Source: the human T2T-CHM13v2.0 reference genome, Homo sapiens. Taken from it: a stretch of 64,000 nt of DNA. How positions within the stretch are numbered: position 1 is the first letter of the stretch; each line of letters opens with the position of its first letter. The notes beneath the pieces were generated by a model. It worked only from the letters and a program-made list of their open reading frames with translations, did not search any database and was not told the DNA's origin. Positions 35,100-50,481 of this stretch are shown here, piece by piece. The stretch lies in assembly GCF_009914755.1 (NCBI RefSeq), contig NC_060927.1. One strand, 5' to 3'. A program made the translations under genes and the position numbers.

Positions 35100-36712
35100 G
35101 CCAAAAATGGCAGGCCCACAGCTAACATCACACTTAACGTACAAAGTTGAAAGCTTTCTTCTAAGACGAGGGACAAGAATGCTGCCCACCCTCACCACTC
35201 CTATCCACCATAGTGCTGCAAGTCCTAGCCAGAACAATTAGGCAAGAGAAAGAAGTAAAAGGCATCCTAATAAAAAAGAAAGAAATGAAATTTTATTTGC
35301 AGACATGATCTTACACAGAGAAATCCCTAAAGAGACACCAAAAAATGATTGAAACTGACAAATGAATTAAGTTGCAAGATACAAAATCAACATACAAAAA
35401 AAATCAGTAGCCTTTCTGTATACTAACAACAAACTATCTAAAAAGGAAATTAAGAAAACAATCCCATTTATAATAGCAACAACAAAAAAAAGTAACATAT
35501 TTAGGTGAAAATTTAACCAAACAGGTAAAAGATCTGTATACTAAAAACTATAAAACATTAATGAAAACAAATTGAAGAAAACACAAATAAATGAGAAGAT
35601 ATACTGTGTTCATGAACTAAAAAATTAATATTGTTAAAATGTCCATATTATCCAAAGCAATCCACAAATTCAGTGCAATCCCTATCAAAATTCCAATGTA
35701 ATTTTTCACAGAAAATAGAAAAAACAACCCTTAAATTCATATGAAACAATAAAAGACCATGAATAGTTAAAAACAATAACCAGCGAAAAAAACAAAGCTG
35801 GAGGCATCACACTGCTGATTTCAAAATATATTATAAAGCTACTGTAATCAAGACAGCATAGTATTGGCATAAAAACAGACACAGTGACCAATGGAACAGG
35901 ACAGAAAGCCCAGAAATAAATTCACTCATTTATGGTCACTTGATTTTTGACAAAGGTGCCAAGAACACATAATGTGGAAAGAACAGCCTCTTCAATAAAA
36001 GATGTTAGGAAAACTGGATATCCAGATGCAGAAGAATGAAACTGGATCCTTATCTCATACCATATATAAAAATCAGCTCAAAATACATTAAAGACTTAAA
36101 TATAAGACCTGAAATTATAAAACTATAAACAAGGCGGGGAAGCACCACAATACTGGTCTGGGCAATATTTTTTTGGATATGACCTGAAAGCACAAGCAAC
36201 AAAAACAAAAACTGGCAAATGGGACTGCATTAAATGAAAAAGCTTTTGCACAGAAAAAAAAAAAATCACATGTATATATTAGCAAACCGTATATTTGATA
36301 AAGAATTTATATTCAAAGTATATAATAAACTCAACTCAAAAGCAAGAAAACAACCTGATTAAAAGAGGCAAAGGACCTGTCATGACTAATTTTAGGTGTC
36401 CATCTGACTGAATTAAAGGATACTTAGATAGCTGGTATGGCATTATTTCTGTAGAAATCCATGAGGATGTTTCTGGAGGAGACTGGCATGTGAGTCAGTG
36501 GACTGAGTGGGGAAGATCTGCCCTCATTGTGGGCAGGTCTGGATGGAACAAAAAGGTGAAGGAAAAAAAAAATCACAAACAATAAGTGAAGTGATGGATA
36601 TATTAGCTTGATTTAATCATCCCACATTGTATACATATACCAAAATATTACATTGTACTCTACAAATATATACAATTATGATTTGGCAATTAAAACTAAT
36701 ATTAATAATAAA
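35100..36712 (+). mobile_element. L1M (L1MA/MB-like) ORF2 3' part and 3' end
   Basis: gaagtcctagccagaacaattaggcaagag; aacaaagctggaggcatcacact; tgatttttgacaaaggtgccaagaac. Confidence 0.85.
36378..36565 (+). mobile_element. MLT2 (ERVL) LTR fragment
   Basis: taattttaggtgtccatctgactg..tgagtcagtggactgagtggggaagatctgccctca. Confidence 0.7.
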
Positions 36713-37660
36713 AAGTAGAGGTGATGCCATCTGTGACTGGACAATTGTAATCATCAAATGCAATCCAGTTGTTCGGCAGGCTAATGTTTAGAATTTCTAT
36801 TCCAGAAGTACTGCTGGAATATAAAAGAAAATTACCATTTCACAAAATATGTAATGTCTAAGTCTGAAAACATTCAGTGGAATGTCAGCTGCTTCAATCA
36901 ATAAAATTCTTAATGCTGTATACAAAGTTTTGTTGTTGTTGTTTTTAATTCCCTGTGAGTTTAGGAGACAGTCTGCAGCGAACAAAGGGGCTGGAATTCT
37001 CAGGACAGAGCAACAGAGGAGAAAGTAGTACATGGAGAGACTCCCAAAGATCTGCAGAATCTCGCCTTAGTACTCAACTGAGTACTGAGTGGGAAAGGAG
37101 TGTAAGAATACTACCTGAAGCTGGTGAAAGAAACAGCAGTGTTTTTCAACCTTTTCTTCCTTACTACTCTTTTCTGACAGTTTTTCCTAATCGTTCCCCA
37201 TGAAATCTTAATACCACTGTATTTCTAAGTTATGCATTTTGGCCATTTAGAGGGCCACAAATCATTGGAATATGTAAGATTTTTCATATACCTACATACC
37301 CACAAAGAATCTATTTCCTCTCAATTAGGAGTGATATCACCTCCAACGAGAATGACGGATCACAGAGAACAGAGTGTTCTGTTCCAACTAGCCAGTTAGG
37401 GAAAACTAATAATTCCTGGAGCATGGAGTAGAGTACTCAGGAGAAACTTGTTTCAGTAGCGCAGAATTATTCGGATATTTTAAAATTAAATAAAATGCCA
37501 CTTACATTAGGACAAAAAATTATAAAATACAGATAAATCTGACAAAAGACATTTATAATGAAATTACAAAATATTGGTGAGAGAAATTAATAAGCTTTGT
37601 CATATACTCTGCATCATACACAAATACACAAATATTAAGTCAAAATAGCACATTTAAATG

Positions 37661-38124
37661 TGTGAACTCTGAAAGGGTCAATCCTTCAAGAGGAATCCTG
37701 AGTGGCTAAGTGGAACTAAATTTGAAATACAGTCAAGCAGCCATTTGGTAATTAGAGGTTACACACATACTGAGTGTTCAGGGAAAAATGCCATACTCAC
37801 TAAACTTTGGGACTTTCATAGTTGTCTGTTCTGTGTATGCTACCTGAATCAATCAATAGACTGTGATCTGTGCCGAACCATCAGAACTCAACAAGTTTCA
37901 AACAATCAGAACTAACTGAGTTTGCATCCCTCATTTGTACAAGCAGATCAGAGTGGGAACCTGGGCGAGAACTTTTGCCATAAAAGACAAACTTTCTCTT
38001 CATTCTCTTAGAACACACCTTTGTTTTGTACAGAAGGCTGCATTTTCCTGGTGTACAAACTGTTAGCTGGCATAAAGCCTCTTTCCTTTTTGGAAGAAAA
38101 TCCTTTTCAGTGGATTTGTTGATA
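37661..38124 (+). mobile_element. ERV1-class solo LTR (LTR47/MER72-like)
   Basis: TG start, 4-bp TSD aatg (37657-37660 and 38125-38128), repeated aatcagaact boxes, TATA-like cataaaa. Confidence 0.6.
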
Positions 38125-41100
38125 AATGTGAAACTTAAAACTATAAAACTTCTAGAAGATATGAGCAAAACAACATGACAATGGGACAGTTTTTTTTTAA
38201 GATACAACACCAAAACCGAGATCCATAAAAGAATTGATAAATGTGGATGTCATCAAAATAAAACTTGAGCTTTTCAAAAACACTCTTAAGAGAATGAAAA
38301 TACAGCCACAGATCGAGGATTTGTTTCCAGAACATATAAATAAGAACTCTGAAAACTCAAGAGTAAGAAAACAATCCAATTAAAAAAACTCACAAGAACA
38401 TTTGAAAAGACATTTCACCAAAGATAAATGGACTGACAAGATCACGAAAAGATTACAGAAATACAAATTAAGACCAAATTGAGATATTACTATTATTAAA
38501 ATATTTAAGAGTTTAAAAGACTGATTATACGAAATATTTGTGAGAATGTTGAAAATTTAGGATTCTCATATCCTGCTGGTGAGAACGTAAAATGATACAA
38601 TCAGTTTGGGAAACAGTTTGTCAGTTTCTTAAAAAGTTAAACAAGCATATTCAACCATTCCACCACTAAACATTTACACAAGAGAAAAAAAAAGCACACA
38701 TTCATGCAAGGACTTGTACACACATGTTCACAGTACATTTAATTGTAACAGATGAAACAGAGAAGCACCTAAATGTTTACGAAAGGAGTGGATAAACAAA
38801 TTCTGTATATCATTACAATGGAATACTACTCAGCAACAGAAAGAAAGGAATAAGCTATTAATACATGCCACAACCTAGATGAATCTCAAAATAATTATGC
38901 TGAATGAAAAAAGCAGAAGAAATATTTGAAGTAATAATGACTCAGAGTTTCCCCCAAATGAACGTCAGATAACAAACCACAGATCCAGGAGAACACTAAC
39001 AGGAAAAATATCCCCCAAAATATATCAAGGCATATCATATTTAAATTGCAGAAAATCAAAGATAAATACAACTCTGAAAGTAGCCAGAGGAAAAAACTTT
39101 ACCCACACAGGGGCTAAGATAATAATTATGTCTGACTACGCCTCAGGAGCCATGAAAGCAAGAAAAGAGTCCGGAGAAATATTTAAAGCATTGACAGAAA
39201 AAAAAATACCACCAACCTAGAATTCTGGTACCCTGGGAATTGCCTCAAAAGTAAAGAATAAATACTTTCTCAGACAAACAAAAATTGAGAGAATTTGTCA
39301 GCTGAACTTCTCTCTCAGAAGAAAAATGTTATAGTCAGAAACTCAGATCTACATAAAAAAGGAAGAGCATCAAAGAAGGAGTAAGTTAAATAAAAACATT
39401 TTATTTGAATTGATCTAACAGACAATAGTTTGTTCAAAATAATGGCAGCAATATAATGACAAATGCTCACATATATGTGCTCATGTATGCTTATATGTAA
39501 GTGTAAGGAATGACAGCAGTGATACAAGGAATGATAAGGAGGAATTAGGATTCTTTTGTTGTTAGATCCTCATACTACCTGTCAAGTGGTATAGTGTTAT
39601 TTGACAGCTAGATGTCCATTAGATTAATATGCATATTGTAGACTGTAAGACATTTACTTAAAAAAAAAAGAGGTATAACTGATATCCTAAGAAAGGAGAG
39701 AAAATATAATCACATGAAATGCTCAATTAAAACCACAGAAGGCAGAAGAAGAATGGACGACCAATAGGAACAAAAACCAATGGTAACAAATACAAAACAG
39801 TAACAAAAATGATAAACAGTAATCCACCTATAACAAGAATCACTCTGAATGTCAATGGTCTAAAAACACCAATTAAAAGACAAAAATTGTCAGACTCGAT
39901 CAAAAAACAATATCCAAGTATATATTGTCTGTAAAAAACCTTTTAAAATATAAAGATGCAAATAGTAGGCTAAAAGTAAATGAATGGAGAGGATTCTGAG
40001 AATACGGCAGAGTAGGAAGCACCAGGAATCTGTCTCCCCAACTAGAAAACAATTCCACTGGCAGAATCTGTCCAATATAACTATTTTGGAACTCTGTCGT
40101 ATAATGAAGCCTTGCTACTTTCAAGGAAAGACTCAGAGGGGTAAATTATGATTTACTGTGGTCATGGTAAATTGCAATTAATTTTGGTCAATTTCAGTTC
40201 TAAGCACAGTAGCAGCTACCCATAACCCACATCTCAGCCCCATGGCAGGTACCTGTGCCCAAACTATGAAACTATAAAAATGCAAAACTATAAAACTCCT
40301 GGAAGATAAAATAGAAAATCCAGATGATCTTGGGTTTGGGGATGACCTTTTAGATACAATACCAAAGGCATGTTCAATGAAGAAGAATCGATAAGCTGTG
40401 ACTTCGTTAAAATTCAAAAGTTCTGCTCCGCAAAAGACATTGCCTAAGAATGAAAAGGCAGCCTGGGAGAAAATATTTCCAAAAGACCTATCAGATAAAG
40501 AACTGTTATCCAAAATCTACAAAGAAATCCCAAAACCTAACCAGAAGAACACAAACCTGTTTAAAAAACGGACCAAGGACTTTAACAGACATTTCACCAA
40601 AGAAGATATACAGATGGCAAATAAGCATATGAAAAGATACTCCACATCATGTCATCAGGGAATTGCAAATCAAAACAACAATAAGACACCACTACGCACC
40701 TATTAGAATGGTCAAAATCCAGAACACTGATAACACCAAATGCTGGCAAGGATATGAAACAATAGAGACTCTCATTTATACCTGCTATGAGTGCACACTG
40801 GTAAACAGCCACTTTGACAGGTTTTTTAACAAAACTAAACATACTCTTACCTTATGATCCTGCAATCATGTTATTTGATTTTACCCAAAGAAGCTGAAAA
40901 TATACGTCCCAACAAAAACTTGCACGTGGAAGTTTATAGTAGCTTTATTCATAACTGCCAAAACTTGGAAGCAACCAAGATGCCCTTAAGTAGGTGAATG
41001 GATAAACTGTGGTACATTCAGATAATGGATTAAAAAGAAATGAGCTACCAAGCCATTAAAAAAACATAGAAGAAATGTAAATGCATACTGCTAAGTGAAA

Positions 41101-41825
41101 GACGCCAACCTGAAAAGGGTACATACTATATGATTCCAACTATATGACATTTTGGAAAAGGCAAAACTATGGAGACAATGTAAAAAAAATTACCAGGGAC
41201 TAGGGGGAAGAACGAATAGAGGGTGCACAGAGGATACGGCAGTGAAACTACTCTGTATGAAACTATAATGCTGGATACATGTCATTATATACTTGTCCAA
41301 ACTCATTCAATGTATAATACCAGGAGTGAAACCTAATGTAAACTCTGGTTTTTGAGCCATAATGATATGTATTAATGTAGGTACATCAATTTTAACAAAT
41401 GTACCACTCTAATGGGAAATGTTGATAATGGGAAGGCTATTCATTTGTGGTGGCAGTAAAGTGTATGAGAAATGTCTGTATCTTCCTCTCAACACTGTTG
41501 TGAATTTAAAACTGCTCTACAACATAAAATCTATTACAAAAAAAAAGCCAGACCAAAAAAATGACATATTGTGTAATTCCATTTATATAACACTCTAGGA
41601 AAAAACAAAATGTACAAACCAGGTTAGTAATTACCAGGGAGAGGAGGGAGGAAGGGATTTCCAAGGGGCAAATGGAGTCCTTTGGGAGCCATAGAAATGT
41701 TAACTATCTTGACTGTGGTGATGGTTTCATAGGTGTATGCATGTATCAAAACTTATGAAATTTTACACTTTATATATATGCAGTTTATTATACATCGATT
41801 GTATCTCAATAAAAGTTTAAAAAAA
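38125..41825 (+). mobile_element. Nested old L1M patchwork (L1MC/MD/ME-like)
   Basis: Two L1 3' regions, ORF1 end and ORF2 start (actctgaatgtcaatggtctaaaaacaccaattaaaagaca) and a 5' UTR-like piece. ORF 40398..40706 resembles the ORF2 C-terminus. Confidence 0.8.
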
Positions 41826-44329
41826 TAGTCTGAGGCACTAGCTGAGAACTTTCAGACCAAAGTTACTTCATTTCAGTATGAAATTTAGGACATAATTTAT
41901 CATATTTTTGCTATACCATATAACTATCAATATCTGTATAAGTAACCATCAGCATTACTTCTGAGTATGCAAGTATTGATACTTGAGCTTTATAGAAAAT
42001 GCCAGTATTTACCGTCCACCAATTCATATAAACATATGCACTAAAATTGCTTTAAATACTGAACCTAGAGGAAAGGTAGTCTATGAAGTTAATAATATAT
42101 TTAATAACAGATAATAAATACATTTAAAATTTTTTGCTTGTCCATTTAAGTAGAATTTTTGTTAACTTGATGAAAAGATCTCATTTATTACCAATGAAGA
42201 GGGTTAATAATAACCCAAATGCCCTCTAAGAGGGAACTAGTTCTGCTAGTTAAATAAATTATGCTATGAAATAAATTATAAAGAATGAGGAAAGTCTCTA
42301 TAGACTAATATGGACTGACTCCTAAAATACACTGGGAATGAAAAAGGAAAATGCAGAACTCATGTATAACATGCTTACTAAAAATAAATACCTGAGTGGA
42401 ATACAAATTTCTGTATTTTGAACCTCCAAAAACTGCTGGTTCCAGTGGATAATACCTTCTTTGTTTCAGGACCATCATAGTAATCATTTAGTCATAGTGA
42501 CATAGGACATATACTTGGTTATGGATCTTGGGAGAAACCTCAACATTGACGAAGATAATTTACAAATTTGAAACTGGAATCTAGAGGCACTGGCCACACA
42601 GAGCTGGAGGGAGGTGTCATTTCTCTCCTGGGAGAAAGCTGAGTTGGTTCTTCTCCCATGCCTGCCCCCACCTTCACTCCACGTTCCATACAAGCCAGCT
42701 GAAAGCTGGGTAGATACACCTGAGATAGGGATGGAGGGTTGTGGGCTCCAACACTAGTTACTGTGAATAGCTATAAGAAAAGACCATGTACACGCATATG
42801 GTTTTAGGACAGAGAGTGCACACAGCCTCAAGTAATGAGTGAAGAGATTTTTTAAGAGCTCAGAAACATCAACAGCTTGGTGTACTGACAGTCAGCAGAA
42901 GCAACATGTGGCCACTAAGAAAGACTTGTTCAAGATTAGACTGCTTCTTGCTAATTTTCAGAAAAGACTGTATTTGCTGAGCACTTCATGTGAAAAATGT
43001 AAAATGAACATCATTTCAATGATTTCAGAAAGCGGTTTTGAAAACAAGGGATAATAATTTGGAGGACTACTTTTGCAATTCATTTTTGAATAATAAAGTA
43101 TATCTAAATTCAGAAGCCAATAAGCAGAATATACAAGGTAACACTTTCAAAAATATTAAGTTATATGCTACATCTAAGATCTACCGCTTAGCTCTTAAAT
43201 CAGCTCTTTAGAGTTTAAAAAGGGTTGCTCATAATCTCAGCCTTCCTATGTTTAAACACTAAAAACAGTTTGGCTGGATCCTTGTGTAATACTACTTTGA
43301 CATTTTTATCTACCAAAAAAATATGGCACTAAAGAAGGCTTGTGTCTTATTTGTCTCATCACTTGTTTGCAATGATAAAATGTAACAGCACTTGGTATTA
43401 TAAAAATTAGGATTATCTTTGTATCACAGCTTAAAAGGCAGGAGTTCATAGGGCACAGACATAACTATTTTAGAGAGAAACATCCATTTTCCAACTATTA
43501 TTGCTTTATAGTACTATTTGGCAGAAGAAAAAATATTTCTCTCTCAACAATATGCTTTATTTCTCCAGTTACTATTAAGTCGGACATGGGTTCAAATTCC
43601 CATTCTGCTATACTGATTCTGCAGACGGTTAATTTTTGTGAATTTTAGTAGAAATGTTAACCTGTCAATTTTATAAAACTGTTGTACAAGTTAAATTGAG
43701 TAATACAAAATGGCTTATGCCTATGTCTGTCTCAAAAGTAAAGTTCTACAATTAACACCAATTTTAATACTCTTAATAAAAAATTAATATTTGTAGAAAA
43801 TAATTTTCTTATAAAGAAGAATCAAAGTTTTCCTCTAAAATGTGGTATCATTAATATTTCAGATTAACCTATTTGGGTTCTACAACATGGCATTAAGTTC
43901 TAGTAAATCTTAGGGAAAGGCATTTATTATTTTGGTCACGAAAATCTAGAAACACAAATGAAAGCTTTTGGGCAAAAGCAGGAGGTCACTGAAAGTCATT
44001 TAGAATTTTTAGAGTGTCCTGAATTTGGAGTGGGGAAAGACTGTGAAGATCATTAATGTAACCCTACACATTTACCCCCCCAAAAAAAAAGAAGAGTGAG
44101 GGCTGAAGTTAACAGGATTCACTCAACTTGTATAGCCAATAAGGCTAAGAAGATATGAAAATCTAGGTCTTTCAACTTAGAGTCCAACTGTTCTTCACAT
44201 TCTATGTACCACTCTGCTTTTAAAACATTTTGATTGCATTTCACCCTTTTATGGTTTACAGTGCTTCTTCCACATCCAGGTGACTTATTTTTCCAAAATT
44301 TTGCTATTTCAACAGTTTTTAGGCAACTA

Positions 44330-44890
44330 ATAACCGTCCAGTTAGGTTCCTATCCAAACAACTATTTTCCCTTTCTTCCTTCCTATGAAAATCCTGATTT
44401 ACTCCTGAATATGGCAATATATTCAATAAAGTCCACTGAAGCCCTATTCCTGCTCCAGGGGATGAACCAGGTGATGAACCAAGACTGATCTAGCAAAAAG
44501 CGAACCCCATTCTGCTTTGCTGGTGAATTAGTTTAGAGTAGTCTTGTAACCAATGGAACCTTAGGAAGGAATTTTGTGGGGACTTTCGAAGAGAGGTTTT
44601 CTCCTTTTTTTAAAAAAAAAAGAAAAGAAAAGAAAAGAAAATGTACAGGAGAGTCTCTTTTCCAATGTCTTTGGTTGTCTCCCATAAGTACATGATACAG
44701 CAGTCATCTCTTTATTATGAGAAAGCCAAGAGTTTCACAGAGAAGCTCACCCAGAGCTCTGACATTGCTGTTTTAAACAACCCCAAATTACCATGCTCTA
44801 GATTAAATTATTACACAAGCAAAAAACCTCTATTTATTCAGGTAGTCAATTATTATATCTGTGGCCAAAATCTGCCAAATATAAAACTCT
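44330..44890. mobile_element. Old MLT1-type LTR with an internal (GAAAA)n tract
   Basis: Degenerate MaLR-like sequence; boundaries uncertain. Confidence 0.4.
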
Positions 44891-45000
44891 AGTATTTGCT
44901 AGTGAAACTATGTTACATGACTTCTAGAAGACTTCATGTCATACCAAATAATATGAATATATAATTTTTTAAAATTAAAGTTTGTTAAAAATCTATTAGG

Positions 45001-48000
45001 GAAACAAAAAGTTGACTTAAAAAAATACAATTGACAAATCTTTAGCCAGACTAAGAAAAAAAGAGAAGAAGATCCAAATAAAATCAGAAATGAAAAAGGA
45101 GACATTACAACTTACACAGAAATTACGACTTACACAGACATTATGACTTATGCAGAAATCCAAAGGCTTGTTAGTGGTTACTGTAAGCAACCATATATGC
45201 TGATAAACTGGAAAATATAGAAGAAATGGACACATTCCTAGACATATACAACCTACCAAGATTGAAACAAGAGGAAATCCAAAACCAGAACAGACCAGTA
45301 ACAAGTAATGAGATCAAAGCTGTAATAAAAAGTCTTCTAGTAATGAAAAGGCCAGGACATAATGGCTTCACTGCTGAATTCTACCAAACATTTAAAGAAG
45401 AACTAATACCAATCCTACTCAAAATATTCTAAAAAATAGAGGAGGGAATACTTCCAAATTCATTCAAGGCCAGTATTACCCTGATACCAAAACCAGACAA
45501 AGACACATCAAAAAAAGAAAACTACAGGCCAGTATCGCTGATGAGTATTAATGCAGAAATCCTCAACAAAATACTAGCACAACTGAATTCAACAATATAT
45601 TAGAAAGATCATTCATCATGATCAAGTGGGATTTATCTGTGGGATGCAAGGATGGTTCAAAACACAAAATCAATTAACATGATATATCATATCAAAAAAA
45701 TAAAGAATAACCATATGATCATTTCAACTGATGTTGAAAAAACATTTGATTAAAAAATTCAATATCCCTTCATGATAAAAACCCTCAAAAAACTGGATAT
45801 GGAAGGAACATATCTCAACATAATAAAAGCCATATATGACAGACCCACAGCTAGTATCATGCTGAATGAGGAAAAACTGAAAATCTTTCCTCTAAGACCT
45901 GCAACACAAGGATGCCCACTGTCACCACTGTTATTTAACATAGTACTGGAAGTCCTATCTAGCTCAATCAGACAAGAGAAAGATATCAAAGGCATACAAA
46001 TTGGGAAGGAAGAAGTCAAATTATACCTGTTTGTTGGTGATATAATCTTATATTTGGAAAAACCTAAACATTCCACAAGAAAATTAGAACTGATAAATTC
46101 AGTAAAGTTCCAGAATACAAAATCAATGTACAAACATCACTAGCATTTCTATATGCCAACAGTGAACAATGTGAAAAAGAAACTAAAAAGTAATCCTGTT
46201 TACAATAGCCATACATAAAATTAAATACTTAGGAATTAACCAAAGAAGTAAAAGATCTCTATAATGGAAACAATAAAACACGAATGAAGAAAATTGAAGA
46301 GGACACCAAAAAATGGAAAAATATTCCATGTTCATGGATTGGGATGAATCAACACTGTTAAAATGTCCTGGCAATCTATAGATTCAATGCAATCCCAATC
46401 AAAATACCAATGGAATTCTTCACAGGAATAGAAAAAATACTAAAATTTATATGGAACCAGAAAAGACCCAGAATAGCCAAAGCCACCCTAAGCAAAAAGA
46501 ACAAAACTGGTGGAATCCCATTATCTAACTTCAAATTATGCTACAGACCTATCGTAACCAAAACAGCATGGTACTGTCACAAAAACAGACACGTGTACCA
46601 ATAGAACAGAACAGAGAACCCAAAACCAAATCCAAACACCTACAGCAAACTCATTTTTGACAAAGGTGCCAAGAACATACACTGGGAAAAGACAAGTCTC
46701 TTTAATAAATGGTGCTGGGAAACTGGATAAACACATGCAAAATCATGAAACCAGACCCCTATCTCTTGCCATATACAAAATTCAAATCAAAATGCATTAA
46801 ATACTTCAAACTGAATCTAATACAAGAAAACACTGGGGAAAATCTCCAGGACATTAGTCTGAGCAAATATTTCTTGAGCAATAGCCCACAAGCACAGGCA
46901 ACCAAAGCAAACATGGACAAATGGGATCACATCAAGTTAAAAAGCTTCTGCACAGCAAAGGAAGTAATCAACAAAGTGAAGAGACAACCCACAGAACGAG
47001 AGAAAACATTTGCAAACTACCCCTCTGACAGGGGACTAATAACCAGAATATAAGGAGCTCAAACAACTCTACAGGAAAAAACCTAATAATCTGATAAAAA
47101 ATGGGCAAAAGATCTGAATAGACATTCCTCAAAAGAAGACACACAAATGGTGAAAAGGTTCTCAACATCACTAATCATCAGATATCCAAAACTCAATGAG
47201 ATATCATCTTGTCCCAGTTAAAATGCCTTTTATCCAAAAGTCAGGCAGTAACAAATGCTGGTGAGGATGTAAAGAAAAGGGAACCCTTGTTCACCATTGG
47301 TGGGAATGTACAACCACTATGGAGAACAGTTTGGAGGTCCCCCAAAAAACTAAAAATAGAGCTACCATATGATCGAGCAATTCCACTGCTGGGTATATAT
47401 CCAAAATAAAGGAAATCAGTGTATCGAAGAGATCTGCACTCCTATGTTTGTTGCAGCACTGTTTACAATAGCTAACATTTGGAGGCAACCTAAGTGTCCA
47501 TCAACAGATGAATGGATAATGAAAATGTGGTACATACACACAATGGAGTACTCGTCAGCCATAAAAAAAGAGACCCAGTCATTTGCAACAACAGGGATAG
47601 AATTGGAGATCATTATGTTAACCGAAATAAGGCAGGCACAGAAAAACAAACATCACATGTTCTCACTTACTTGTGGGATCTGAACATCAAATCAACTGAA
47701 TTCATGGACATAACAGAAGGATGGTTACCAGAGGCTGGGAAGGGTAATGGGGGGTTGAGTGGGAGGTGGGGATGGTTAATGGGTACAAAAAAATAGAATA
47801 AGACCTACTATTTGATAGCACAATAGGGTGACTATAGTCAATAATAACTTAATTGTATATTTTAAAATAACTTAAATAATGTAATTGGAATGTTTGTAAC
47901 TCAAAGGATAAATGCTTGAGGGGATGAATACCTAATTCTTCATGATATGATTATTTCACATTACATGCCTGTACCAAAACATCCCATGTACCCCATAAAT

Positions 48001-48055
48001 ATAGACACCTATTATGTACCCACAAATTTTTTTTAAAACCCACTAAAATAAGAAG
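45001..48055 (+). mobile_element. 5'-truncated L1MA (L1MA2/3-like), 3.05 kb
   Basis: ORF2 RT fragments ([17 protein letters not shown]); L1MA-type 3' UTR; perfect 14-bp TSD aaaaatctattagg (44987-45000 and 48056-48069) at a TT/AAAA site. Confidence 0.93.
45104..45157 (+). repeat. 18-bp tandem repeat x3 inside the L1MA
   Basis: attacaacttacacagaa / attacgacttacacagac / attatgacttatgcagaa. Confidence 0.85.
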
Positions 48056-48957
48056 AAAAATCTATTAGGTGTGTTACTAAGAAACGTGCTGTTTAGTGGT
48101 CTACAATATTCAAAACCTCAGGGTGTGACTAAAGAAACTCATCTAAAATTATACAATGACTATTTAATGGTAGAGAAATAAATCTGAACTTATATCCATT
48201 CTAAAAATGAATAAAAACAACTTCAAAAAACTTAAGAGAAACCTGAGTTTCAAAAAGTCCAACGTTATTCTCCAAATACTTATTTAAATAAATTTACTTT
48301 GGAAAAACACGACTGTCACACTGACATAAAGCTTAAAAATATTTTATTACCTATTAAAAGTCAGTGCATTTAACACCCATTGCCTTTTAAAACCCCATAT
48401 GATTCCTTATCAAACAAAATCAGATGATATTTACCATCTTAAATTCAAATAATGGCCAAAAAGTTAACAAATCTTGACTTTAAGGCAACACTCTCAACTA
48501 CTAAGAAAGGGTCACGAGAGAAAAGGCCTAAAAGCAATCATAAAAGTTGTTGTCAAAAACCTTTGTATCACTGAAGACAATTGTCAAAGAGTTACTCTCA
48601 AGAAAGGCCTACTGATGAGTGAGCTGATGCTCTCAATGACTCTGAATTTTTTTTTAATTTAGGATAAATTGATTAAATATAACATAAAAGTAATGTCAGC
48701 TACAATAAACTTTGTAATGATGGAGAAATTAGCCCTGGTAAATGGAATTATAGTTCAAACTTTCTAATCAAGGTAGTATTTGTCAGTACTATTAAAATAA
48801 AACCAAAATAACAAGAAAACCTTAGGAGTTAAATGGAAAACATGTTTTCCACCTTTTCATGCGTCTATACCCCTTGAGCTATTTTCTAAGAAACGCATAC
48901 TCTTCAGTATACCCTGGGTAAAGTAGCCAGACACTTCATTTAAAACAAATAAATCAT

Positions 48958-49272
<315 letters not shown>

Positions 49273-50397
49273 AAATCCTGAATTAGGTGCATGTTTCCAA
49301 CTAAATATAAACTTGAAGGCAATTCACTTAGAAAAAATTTTAAAAAATATATAATGATAGCATTCTGTTCATTACCCAATGTTAAAATTAACAACAGTTT
49401 TAGCCAATGATTCAAATCTATTCAGATAATTCATTATTTTAAAAATAAGGTAAAACTTTTTTGTATCTACCTAACATTAAGTGGTCACAGCAGTATTATA
49501 TTAAAAAAAAAAAAGGAGGAAAGATGAGAGTTAAAAATGAGCTTGCAATGGGTGCTTTCTTAAAACCACAATCATTTCTAGGTCATCTGTTTTGGTGTTG
49601 CCACAGCGACTTTGTGAATCATATGACTTTTCACCCCCTCCATAACTCAGGGGTACATTTGTTTCTGGTAAAAATATATACATTAGTGGATGTAATTTTG
49701 TTAGAGTACGTAATGTACTTTCAGCCACAACTTAGTAAACTAAATACTGGCCACTGAAAAAACATACAGAGAGAGAAAATTATCCATATATCCACCTTTC
49801 TAAAACTGTCCATCATGTCAGCACTGAATATACTACTGTATCGTTAAGTCTGAAAACTTTTCCAACAATGACTTTACTGAAAACCTAATCTGACAAAAAT
49901 TAATCAAGCACCATTGTAAAACACTCACCATGATTATTTACAAAAAGCAAATCTGATCTTATATTTAGATATACACTTACAAGAATCCTCATTTGAAATG
50001 CACAGTTAAGTATTTAATGGTGAAGTATCATGATTTCTGCAACTTACTACATATATATGTAAAAGTTGTATATTAATAAATACAGAAAGCAAATGTGGCA
50101 AAATGTTATCAATGCCAAAAGTAAGTGAAAGGTATATGGGTAGTCAGCATGTTTTTTTAACTTCCCTATGTTTGAAAAATTTCAAAGTAAAAAGCTGGGA
50201 GAACAAAAGACCCCTACTGGCTGCTACTGCCCTGAGTATATGTCCAGTGTTTTCCCTTTTGCCTCAATACCTTCCTGCCCTCATTTAAAACAACTGTTAC
50301 AGAGTTATATTATGTCTTGTAAACAAAAATCACAATTCTAGGAAAGAATTTTAAAAAGCAGTTTTAAAGGCTGGCATCAGTGAATTAACTGTTTTAC

Positions 50398-50481
50398 CTG
50401 AAAGTTAACATCTTCTTTCTTAAATATTAGTGCTCGAACTTCATCAGGATCTCCGTTAAATATAGCTTGCACCAGTGATGG
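50398..50481 (-). CDS. ANKRD28: ANKRD28 coding exon, 84 nt (PSLVQAIFNGDPDEVRALIFKKEDVNFQ)
   Basis: Acceptor ctctcttctattttag|CCA and donor CAG|gtaaaa. Ankyrin-like sequence; too short to appear in the ORF track. Confidence 0.96.

Noticed and set aside
45226-47796. Cluster of plus-strand ORFs
   Set aside because: Broken ORF2 of a 5'-truncated L1MA.
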